From NCBI GenBank assembly GCA_937885645.1, contig CALABJ010000017.1, forward strand, positions 107,641 through 171,640: 64,000 nt of DNA. Direction: 5' to 3'. A model generated the notes under the pieces. The model worked only from the letters and a program-made list of their open reading frames with translations, was not told the DNA's origin and searched no databases. Numbering within the stretch: the first letter of the stretch is position 1; every line of letters begins with the position of its first letter. This document shows positions 57,251 to 64,000 of the stretch, piece after piece. This DNA comes from an uncultured Clostridia bacterium (GTDB lineage Bacteria > Bacillota > Clostridia > Christensenellales > CAG-917). The translations under genes and the position numbers were made by a program.

Positions 57251-57326
57251 TGGTGACCCACCGGAGATTCGAACTCCGGACCATCGCATTAAAAGTGCGG
57301 TGCTCTACCGGCTGAGCTAGTGAGTC
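57251..57326 (-). tRNA. tRNA-Lys (anticodon TTT)
   Basis: Manual fold of GACTCAC-TA-GCTC..GAGC-A-CCGCA-CTTTTAA-TGCGA-TGGTC-CGGAG-TTCGAAT-CTCCG-GTGGGTC-A-CCA. Confidence 0.9.
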
Positions 57327-57357
57327 AATTTAATGCCCAGCACTTGCTGGGCATCGT

Positions 57358-57432
57358 TGGCAGGGGTAGCTGGATTTGAACCAACGAATGACGGAATCAA
57401 AATCCGTTGCCTTACCGCTTGGCGATACCCCT
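57358..57432 (-). tRNA. tRNA-Gln (anticodon TTG)
   Basis: AGGGGTATCGCCAAGCGGTAAGGCAACGGATTTTGATTCCGT...GGTTCAAATCC...CCCCTGCCA forms a cloverleaf. Confidence 0.9.
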
Positions 57433-57457
57433 ATATGTAAGGTTTTGTTTGTGTGTT

Positions 57458-57535
57458 TGGGGTGAGTAGTGGGACTCGAACCCACGGCCTCCAGGGCCAC
57501 AACCTGGCGCTCTAACCAACTGGGCTATACCCACC
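57458..57535 (-). tRNA. tRNA-His (anticodon GTG, encoded G-1)
   Basis: GGTGGGTATAGCCCAGTTGGTTAGAGCGCCAGGTTGTGGCCCTGG...GGGTTCGAGTCCC...CCCA. Confidence 0.9.
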
Positions 57536-57583
57536 ATCATTTCTGCAAGATGGGGAGAGCTTCTCCCCATACTCGCTGCTAAT

Positions 57584-57660
57584 TGGCGAGCCTGGAGGGA
57601 TTCGAACCCCCGACACACGGCTTAGAAGGCCGTTGCTCTATCCTGCTGAGCTACAGACTC
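57584..57660 (-). tRNA. tRNA-Arg (anticodon TCT)
   Basis: GAGTCTGTAGCTCAGCAGGATAGAGCAACGGCCTTCTAAGCCGT...GGGGGTTCGAATCCCTC...GCCA. Confidence 0.9.
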
Positions 57661-57665
57661 ATGTT

Positions 57666-57739
57666 TGGAGCGGGTGATGGGAATCGGACCCACGCAACCA
57701 GCTTGGAAGGCTGGGGCTCTACCATTGAGCTACACCCGC
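57666..57739 (-). tRNA. tRNA-Gly (anticodon TCC)
   Basis: GCGGGTGTAGCTCAATGGTAGAGCCCCAGCCTTCCAAGCTGG...GGGTCCGATTCCC...CGCTCCA. Confidence 0.9.
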
Positions 57740-57785
57740 ACTTTCATACGCTACTAGCGCACCACATTCATTGAATGCTTGAAAA

Positions 57786-57814
57786 TCTTAGCACATCAAA
57801 CTGCCATTGTCAAC
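57786..57814 (-). promoter_or_regulatory. Sigma-A promoter of the tRNA operon
   Basis: TTGACA, 17 nt, TAAGAT about 45 nt upstream of tRNA-Gly. Confidence 0.75.
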
Positions 57815-57898
57815 GATTTAAGGGAAAATGATGAAAAAAATAAGTTTATTCTTTGAATACATCGTCAAATCCGTGACAAACTACCCTTGGAGGTGAAT

Positions 57899-58087
57899 AT
57901 GAAAAAGAAGAAAAAGAAATATGCAAATAAATCAACTGGTATGCCTGCCCTTGCTGACGGCAATATGGGCAACTTCTCAATGAAAAACGCAATGTACGAC
58001 CCAAACGGTATGTGGACGGGCACTCCCGCAGACGTTGCGTTTGGCTATCTAGATCCTACACCTGAACAAGACGTGGACGATCTTTGA
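57899..58087 (+). CDS. Small hypothetical protein (62 aa; Lys-rich N-terminus, acidic C-terminus)
   Basis: GGAGGTG sits 4 nt upstream of the ATG. MKKKKKKYANK...GMWTGTPADVAFGYLDPTPEQDVDDL. I do not recognise a family. Confidence 0.5.
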   Translation: MKKKKKKYANKSTGMPALADGNMGNFSMKNAMYDPNGMWTGTPADVAFGYLDPTPEQDVDDL

Positions 58088-58116
58088 TACACGCATCGTG
58101 TGATTTAGATTGAATA

Positions 58117-58145
58117 TTGTACACTTCTCGTGTATTATGTTGAAA
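58117..58145. repeat. Repeat A1 containing the palindrome TACAC-TTCTC-GTGTA
   Basis: TTGTACACTTCTCGTGTATTATGTT closely matches A2. Confidence 0.7.
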
Positions 58146-58197
58146 AAACAACCAAAAACAAGGACGGCACAGATGATGTTGCCGTCCTTTGCATTTT
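58146..58197. terminator. Bidirectional terminator between the small ORF and the flavoprotein gene
   Basis: AAGGACGGCA...TGCCGTCCTT stem flanked by an A-run and a T-run. Confidence 0.75.
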
Positions 58198-58322
58198 CAT
58201 TGATTTCAGCGGATATTTCATCAAAAACCGCTTGTTTTGATATGTTTTTGAGGAATTTACCTCATTTTCTACCCTATTCTGCGAATTAAACTTTGGCGAT
58301 TAATTTAAGCGATGAATTTTGC

Positions 58323-58354
58323 TTGGTACACTTTTCGTGTTTTATGTTTTGAAA
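58323..58354. repeat. Repeat A2 (TTGGTACACTTTTCGTGTTTTATGTT)
   Basis: About 22 of 25 positions match A1. It lies on the other side of the bidirectional terminator. Confidence 0.7.
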
Positions 58355-58376
58355 TTGACAAACGACAATTTTTGGT

Positions 58377-59735
58377 TTAATCTTCCTTGGTCAACTTTTG
58401 ATAAGGCATCAACATACCCTCTTCAAGCATATTGGGCATCTTCTTTTGAAGGGCCTTTATCCTGAGCACTCTGCCCAGAAACTTCATTGCAAGCATTGTG
58501 CCACGTTGCTTTTGAGGGAAATCAAGGAGGCCTTTCTTTTTGTAGAAGTCGTAGTCAAGTTTCATAATGCCTCGCATAATCCATATCATATCACGGAAGA
58601 TGCGCATACCGCCTACCTCATAGAAATTCTTGTGAGGTGTAAGACAGTTTTCAAGGGCGTAGGTCAGTTTTGTCACAAGTTGCTCGATATCGGTGAGGGT
58701 TGCGTTTTCGTCACATACAACGCCTACGTTCATATTGCCACCAACTGCGGACTTGGCTTCAACGTACATTTGAAGATTGGCTTCCCCTTCATAACTGCCA
58801 CTGACAAGGTATGCGGTGGGTTTGCCTGCGGTGACAGGGCGATGTCCGTTGACAAATTGTCTGTCAAAGAAGGCTTTGAAGGTCGAGGACACTGTGTGCA
58901 TTGTCACCTCAAAGGCCATGATGACTGCATCGGCACGATTGATTTTGTTGTTGAGCAAATCCTCAAATCCGTCTTTGATGACACACTCACCTGTTGCGGC
59001 GCACTTGAGGCAACCTCTGCAACCGCTCTTTGGTCCGTCTTTCTTCAGGTCGATAACTTCAACCTCGTAGGGGCAAAGGTTGACAAAATCTGTGACCATT
59101 GCCATAAGGCTGGCGTTTTCAGTGTTGTCGGTGACTACGATTATCTTTTTGTCGCCCTTCTTTTCAACGGGGGTTGATGATGAAAGGTAGGTTTCACGAT
59201 GAGGAGCGATGGCGTCCGCCTTTTCATATATATCGTTTTCTATTTGGAAATGGACATATCTCCACCACTCGACGAAGTTTTCACGAAGGTCTTCCTTCAA
59301 AAGGTCGTCCATATCCGCCGAATAACCGCCGATATACTTGCCACCTAGTGACAAAATCATATCACGGACAGCACGATGGGCGGTGACGTCATAAAACTTC
59401 TTTGAAGTGGTCAGTTGGGTGACGTATTTGCCACTGAGGTCAACGTGATTGTCACGGAGGATTTCAAAGAATTTGTGCAGTTGCGAAGGGGCTAAAAAGG
59501 TATAGACGGGATAGGAAAACAACAGCATATCTGCTGATGTAATGCTGTCTAAAACAACTTGCAGTTTGTCAGGTTTTGTCAAGGAATAGACTGTTTTGCC
59601 TACGTCTAATACGTCAAAATCTGCCTTTAATTTTTCATGGTTTTTTGAAATCTTTGCAAGATACTTTACGTACTGCAAAGTGACGCTGTTTTGCCCCTTG
59701 GGGCTTCCGTTTATTACCAAAATCTTCATAGTCAT
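58377..59735 (-). CDS. Two-domain flavodoxin-fold NAD(P)H-dependent oxidoreductase with an Isf-like Cys cluster
   Basis: KILVINGSPKG N-terminal motif, a second flavodoxin-like half, and CRGCLKCAATGEC (Cx2Cx2Cx5C). 452 aa. Confidence 0.7.
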   Translation of the reverse strand: MTMKILVINGSPKGQNSVTLQYVKYLAKISKNHEKLKADFDVLDVGKTVYSLTKPDKLQVVLDSITSADMLLFSYPVYTFLAPSQLHKFFEILRDNHVDLSGKYVTQLTTSKKFYDVTAHRAVRDMILSLGGKYIGGYSADMDDLLKEDLRENFVEWWRYVHFQIENDIYEKADAIAPHRETYLSSSTPVEKKGDKKIIVVTDNTENASLMAMVTDFVNLCPYEVEVIDLKKDGPKSGCRGCLKCAATGECVIKDGFEDLLNNKINRADAVIMAFEVTMHTVSSTFKAFFDRQFVNGHRPVTAGKPTAYLVSGSYEGEANLQMYVEAKSAVGGNMNVGVVCDENATLTDIEQLVTKLTYALENCLTPHKNFYEVGGMRIFRDMIWIMRGIMKLDYDFYKKKGLLDFPQKQRGTMLAMKFLGRVLRIKALQKKMPNMLEEGMLMPYQKLTKED

Positions 59736-59758
59736 TTCCTCTTGCCTTTGGTGTAAAT

Positions 59759-59787
59759 ATTATAACAACATATATCCCTTTTGTAAA
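59759..59787 (-). promoter_or_regulatory. Sigma-A promoter of the flavoprotein gene
   Basis: TTTACA, 17 nt, TATAAT. Confidence 0.7.
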
Positions 59788-59789
59788 TA

Positions 59790-59823
59790 GCAAAATAAAA
59801 CAACCACGCTTTTAGCGTGGTTG
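59790..59823 (-). terminator. spoIVA terminator
   Basis: CAACCACGC-TAAAA-GCGTGGTTG followed by TTTTATTTT. Confidence 0.75.
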
Positions 59824-59850
59824 AAAATCCTCATCTTTTGCAAACGGTGG

Positions 59851-61329
59851 TCAAAGAAGTATGCAGATGACTCCGCCCTTGCCCTCGTTGACAATTCTGC
59901 CAAGAGTCTTTTTCAGTTTGACTTCCGCCTCGGCAGGCACTGAGGCAAGTTTGCTCATAATTCCATCTGCAACCAAGGAGGATAATGACCGTCCAAAAAT
60001 GTTGGTCTGCCATATTGCTTGTTTGTTTTCCGCAAAGTCGCTGAGCATATTGGACACCAACTCTTCACTTTGTTGCTCGGTGCCTACAATGGGACTGACC
60101 TCGGTTTCTACGTCCACTTTCATAATGTGGAGTGATGGGGCGGATGCACGGAGTTTGACGCCGTATTGTTGACCTTGACGGATGATTTCGGGCTCCTTCA
60201 ACTCCATGTCGCCAAGGTCAGGGGCAACTATGCCGTAGCCCACCGCATCAACTTGATCAAGAGCGGACAAAATTCGGGCGGTTTTTTCACGGGCGTATGC
60301 CATATCACGAACTGCAAGATAAAGCCCAAGTTGATCCTCGACGCCTATGCCACATTCGTCGTTTAGCACCCTGACGAAAACGTCTTCTTTGGGGCTTAAA
60401 TAGACAGTGATTTTGCCTGTGGCGGTGTCCAGGTTGACCTTTGAAGGAGTAAGCCAAAACTCGGCATCTTCAAAGTGTCCGTCAAGACGCTCGTAGTCCT
60501 TCATTTTGGTCAGTTCATCGGCAAAGGATTTTGCCCTTGAAATCAACTCTTTGACAACATAGTTGTCAATGTCAAGCGCTTGCACCCATTTGGGCAGGAC
60601 AAAATCCACTGTCCTTGCGCCAAATTCAAGAAGTATGTTTTCCATAATTTCACTTATGTCACTTTCATCCATTTTGAGGGCGTTTTTGACTATGACGGGA
60701 GCATCGTATTTTGCCTCTAAGCTTTCCTTCAATCCTTCAACGTGAGGGGCGTTTTCATCTCTTACGTTGAGGATGATTGCAAAGGGTTTTGTGGTGGCTT
60801 TGAGCTCTGCAATCACCTTTTCCTCGGCAGGCTCGTATTCGCCTCTTGAAATGTCCGTGAAACTGCCGTCTGTGGTGATGGCAAGGGCTATTGTGCTGTG
60901 GTCACGTATGACCTTGTCCGTGCCAATCTCCGCCGCCTTTGAAAAGGGCATTTCATCGTCACTCCAAGGGGTGCGCACCATGCGCTCTTTGCCCTCTTCT
61001 GCACCGCCAAGTGCGCCGTCAACCATATAGCCTACGCAGTCGATGAGGCGCATCTTTACGTTGATTCCGTCACCAAAACACACCTTCACCGCCTCGTTTG
61101 GTACGAATTTCGGTTGGGTTGTCATAATGGTTTTGCCGTCTGCAGACTGAGGTAATTCATCAATGGTCCGTTGCCTTGCATCGGGGTTTTCTATGCCCGA
61201 CAAGGCGATTTCACTCATAAATTGCTTGATAAAAGTGGATTTGCCCGTCCTCACCGGACCGACAACTCCAACATACACTTCTCCGCCCGTACGGGTTGCT
61301 ATGTCACGGTAAAGGTCAAATTTGTCCAT
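59851..61329 (-). CDS. spoIVA: Stage IV sporulation protein A (spore coat morphogenetic ATPase)
   Basis: MDKFDLYRDIATRTGGEVYVGVVGPVRTGKSTFIK. The ATG at 61329 has GGAGGA 6 nt upstream and is preferred over 61341. Confidence 0.95.
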   Translation of the reverse strand: MDKFDLYRDIATRTGGEVYVGVVGPVRTGKSTFIKQFMSEIALSGIENPDARQRTIDELPQSADGKTIMTTQPKFVPNEAVKVCFGDGINVKMRLIDCVGYMVDGALGGAEEGKERMVRTPWSDDEMPFSKAAEIGTDKVIRDHSTIALAITTDGSFTDISRGEYEPAEEKVIAELKATTKPFAIILNVRDENAPHVEGLKESLEAKYDAPVIVKNALKMDESDISEIMENILLEFGARTVDFVLPKWVQALDIDNYVVKELISRAKSFADELTKMKDYERLDGHFEDAEFWLTPSKVNLDTATGKITVYLSPKEDVFVRVLNDECGIGVEDQLGLYLAVRDMAYAREKTARILSALDQVDAVGYGIVAPDLGDMELKEPEIIRQGQQYGVKLRASAPSLHIMKVDVETEVSPIVGTEQQSEELVSNMLSDFAENKQAIWQTNIFGRSLSSLVADGIMSKLASVPAEAEVKLKKTLGRIVNEGKGGVICILL

Positions 61330-61383
61330 AAAGTCCTCCATTTTTCTTTGTATAACCTTATGCTACTAAATTCCGCACTATGA

Positions 61384-61414
61384 CAAAAAATAAAACGCAC
61401 CTTGCGATGCGTTT
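61384..61414 (-). terminator. Aminotransferase terminator
   Basis: AAACGCA...TGCGTTT stem followed by TATTTTTTG. Confidence 0.55.
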
Positions 61415-61460
61415 GATATTTCGGTTTGTATTTGTATTGTTTGTGCCTTACACTATACCC

Positions 61461-62753
61461 TTATGCGCGGGCGTCGTAGTGGTATATCTTGCGGAGGACA
61501 AGTTCCATACGGGCTTGCTTGATTGCGCTGATGAGGACGTCCACTGCATAGTCCATTTCTTCAAGAGTGGGCACGGAAGGTGCAATGCGGATGTTTTCAT
61601 CAAGGTCGTCAATGTGATATGGGAAAGACGAGCCTGCGGGAGTGAACTTGACTCCTGCTTCTGCGGACAACTCTACAACACGTTTTGCGCAGGTTTTGAC
61701 GTCTAAGGATACAAAGTATCCTCCACGGGGTCTTGACCATGTAACATAGCGGTCACCTTCAAATACTGCGGTCATTTTTTCATTGAAAAGTTCAAACTTG
61801 GGGCGCAAAATGTCTGCGTGGCGCTTCATAATTGCCTTGACGTTTGACAGGTCTTTCAAGAAGTTTACGTGCATCACTTGATTGATTTTGTTGGGGCCGA
61901 TGGTCTTGTAGAAAAGCTCCTTGGTGATGGCGTTTACGTTGTCAACTGAGGATGCAAACACTGCAAGTCCGCTGCCTGCAAAGGTGATTTTTGAGGTGGA
62001 CGTAAAGGCATAAACACGGTCAAGGGTGCCTGCCTTTCTTGCCACATCAAAGATGTTTTTCAGTTTGTCACCCTTGTCGTAAAGGTCGTGGACTACGTAG
62101 GCATTATCCCAGAAAATGCGGAAGTCACTTGCCGCTGTCTTCATGGTGGCAAGACGCTCTACGACCTTGTCTGAGAAGGTGATGCCTGAGGGGTTGCTGT
62201 ACTTGGGTACACACCAAATGCCCTTCACTGAGTCGTCGTCACGGACAAGGCTTTCAATGATGTTCATATCAGGGCCGTCTCCGCGCATACGGACTGCTAT
62301 CATCTCTATGCCAAGACGCTCGCAGATTGAAAAATGTCTGTCATAGCCAGGGGTAAGACAGATGAATTTCACCTTTTTCAGTTTGTTCCAAGGGGTTGAG
62401 CCAAGGACACCAAATTGCATTGCGAATTGAACGACGGTGTACATAAGGTCAAGAGAACTGCCGTCTGCCACGATGACTTCATCTTCCTTGCAACCCATAA
62501 TTGATGCAAAGAGTTCGCGGGCAGGTTTGATGCCTTGAAGTCCGCCATAGTTTCTCATGTCAACGCCGTCTATAACATAGTTATAGCCACCTGCATTTTC
62601 AAGCATAGGCATACTGACGTCCAGTTGGCTTGATTCAGGACGGCCTCTTGTCATATCAACGGATATATCTCTCTTTTGAAGGTGTTTGAAGGCTTTGCGC
62701 TCTTCGTCAAGCATCTTCACCAGTTCATTTTGATCATATTGGGAATATTCCAT
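61461..62753 (-). CDS. Class I/II PLP-dependent aminotransferase
   Basis: 430 aa with a TSTSKITFAGSG Lys motif and an aminotransferase fold pattern. Confidence 0.8.
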   Translation of the reverse strand: MEYSQYDQNELVKMLDEERKAFKHLQKRDISVDMTRGRPESSQLDVSMPMLENAGGYNYVIDGVDMRNYGGLQGIKPARELFASIMGCKEDEVIVADGSSLDLMYTVVQFAMQFGVLGSTPWNKLKKVKFICLTPGYDRHFSICERLGIEMIAVRMRGDGPDMNIIESLVRDDDSVKGIWCVPKYSNPSGITFSDKVVERLATMKTAASDFRIFWDNAYVVHDLYDKGDKLKNIFDVARKAGTLDRVYAFTSTSKITFAGSGLAVFASSVDNVNAITKELFYKTIGPNKINQVMHVNFLKDLSNVKAIMKRHADILRPKFELFNEKMTAVFEGDRYVTWSRPRGGYFVSLDVKTCAKRVVELSAEAGVKFTPAGSSFPYHIDDLDENIRIAPSVPTLEEMDYAVDVLISAIKQARMELVLRKIYHYDARA

Positions 62754-62771
62754 ATATCTCCTAAAAGACGA

Positions 62772-64000
62772 TTAGTCTTCACTATTCTTCCTTATCAGTA
62801 TACGAATCGGGGTGCCCTTGAAGTCAAAACTTTTGCGAAGGGAGTTTTCGATGTATCTCTTGTAGCTGAAGTGCATAAGTTCGGGGTCGTTGACCTTGAT
62901 GACAAAGGTGGGGGGAGTCACTGCCACTTGGGTGATGAAATAAATCTTCAACTTTCTGCCAAGACGTGCAGGAGGTTCGCTTATGCGGATTGCCTCTGTC
63001 AAAACTTCGTTGAGAAGGCCTGTTTGGATTCTTCTACGTGCCGCTGCCACAACTTCCTTGCAGGCGGGGAGCACCGCGTCTGCTCTCTTCCCTGTCTTTG
63101 CGGAAATGTAGAGGGATTTGTAGTAGTCCATAAACTTCAAATCCTCACGGAGTTTTCTTTCAAATTGCTCACGGGTGTAGGTGTCTTTGTCAACGAGGTC
63201 CCACTTGTTCATGACGATGACTGAAGGCTTGCCTTCTTCGTGAACAAGGCCTGCAATCTTCACGTCTTGCTCGGTCATACCTTCGTCTGCATCACACACC
63301 ATGACCACAACGTCTGCTCTGCGGATGGCAAGGATTGCGCGGATGACTGAATATCTTTCAACGTCTTCACCCTCTGCCACTGCCTTCTTCTTGCGCATGC
63401 CTGCGGTGTCGATGATGAGATATTTGTCATCACCGATGTCAAGGGCGGTGTCAATGGCGTCACGAGTTGTGCCTGCGATGTCGCTGACTATGCAACGATT
63501 GTAGCCAAGGAGTTTGTTTGTCAGTGAACTCTTGCCTGCGTTGGGCTTGCCTACGATGGCAATCTTCAATCTGTCGGGCTCGTCTTCGTGAGGCACTGCG
63601 TCAACTGTTTCAACGATGGCGTCAAGAAGGTCACCAAGGCCTTTGCCTTGCTCTGCGGAAATGCCGTAAGGCTCGCCAAAGCCAAGGGCGTAAAAGTCAT
63701 AGAGAACGTGAGTTTCATTGTTGTCCAACTTGTTGACTGCAAGGATGACGGGCTTGTCTGTCTTGCGGAGGAAGTTGGTGATGGTTTGGTCATCAAGGGT
63801 GAGTCCTGTCTTTCCGTCCACAACGTAAAGGACTGCATCTGCGGCTTCCACTGCAATCTCAACTTGGGTGCGGATGTGTCCCCACATTTCGTCTTCGCTT
63901 TTCAGTTCAAGACCGCCTGTGTCTATCATTGTGAAAACTTTGCCACACCACTCAACGTCACGATACACTCTGTCGCGGGTGACACCGGGGGTGTTTTCAA
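62772..64000 (-). CDS. der: Ribosome-associated GTPase Der (EngA), N-terminus beyond the window
   Basis: The frame continues upstream of the track start (…NTPGVTRDRVYRD). The first G domain is cut by the window edge (DTGG motif present), the second is complete (GKPNAGKSS), and a KH-like C-terminus follows. Confidence 0.93.
   Translation of the reverse strand, partial: ENTPGVTRDRVYRDVEWCGKVFTMIDTGGLELKSEDEMWGHIRTQVEIAVEAADAVLYVVDGKTGLTLDDQTITNFLRKTDKPVILAVNKLDNNETHVLYDFYALGFGEPYGISAEQGKGLGDLLDAIVETVDAVPHEDEPDRLKIAIVGKPNAGKSSLTNKLLGYNRCIVSDIAGTTRDAIDTALDIGDDKYLIIDTAGMRKKKAVAEGEDVERYSVIRAILAIRRADVVVMVCDADEGMTEQDVKIAGLVHEEGKPSVIVMNKWDLVDKDTYTREQFERKLREDLKFMDYYKSLYISAKTGKRADAVLPACKEVVAAARRRIQTGLLNEVLTEAIRISEPPARLGRKLKIYFITQVAVTPPTFVIKVNDPELMHFSYKRYIENSLRKSFDFKGTPIRILIRKNSED

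Noticed and set aside
57855-57883. SigG/SigF-like promoter (GAATA, 17 nt, CAAACTA) upstream of the 62-aa ORF
   Set aside because: The -10-like box ends only 5 nt before the GGAGG Shine-Dalgarno, so the predicted start site would cut off the ribosome-binding site. The match is also imperfect.
58110-58138. Sigma-A-like promoter TTGAAT, 17 nt, TATTAT on the plus strand
   Set aside because: It points directly into the terminator about 25 nt downstream, with no gene to express. It probably looks like a promoter only because it overlaps repeat A1. It is mentioned under the repeat finding only.

Overview
This 64-kb window looks like chromosomal core sequence from an endospore-forming Bacillota (Clostridia-like) genome. 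About 85% of the genes are on the minus strand, and the gene order matches well-known Firmicute neighbourhoods. In minus-strand transcription order (descending coordinates) I read: der, an aminotransferase, spoIVA; a five-tRNA operon; a small AT-rich accessory patch (about 54.2-57.2 kb) and a plus-strand block (dinB, SIS protein, Na/Pi transporter, rdgB, yfcE-like); galE-galU-mcsA-mcsB-clpC; hpf-TIM barrel-pgi; HD phosphohydrolase-ABC ATPase; ruvC, ruvA-[ruvB-like]-ruvB-queA-tgt-yajC; secD-secF-recJ-relA-MBL hydrolase-hemZ-like; rpsO-pnp; M16 peptidase; ftsK-rimO-pgsA-cinA-recA; rny-M24 peptidase-efp; the complete spoIIIAA-AH operon; then asp23-nusB-xseA. I saw no CRISPR array, rRNA, transposase or integrase. 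Many intergenic regions carry textbook sigma-A promoters (a -35 close to TTGACA, a 17-nt spacer, and a -10 at or near TATAAT) and stem-loop/T-run terminators. The most unusual locus is an extra, AT-rich RuvB-like AAA+ gene sitting exactly between ruvA and ruvB. It has a broken Walker A motif (GKE), has lost the RGTPR motif, lacks the RuvB C-terminal domain, and shares a 138-nt near-identical patch with the real ruvB. Other items worth a second look are an orphan MalK-like ABC ATPase with all catalytic motifs except Walker A degenerate, tRNA-Lys 3'-end fragments forming a 17-bp inverted repeat beside an orphan terminator, a clpC operon that follows galU with no ctsR gene in the window and a truncated McsA, and two small XRE cassettes with repeated operator-like sites. 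All calls rest on reading the sequence and translations by eye. No database search was run.
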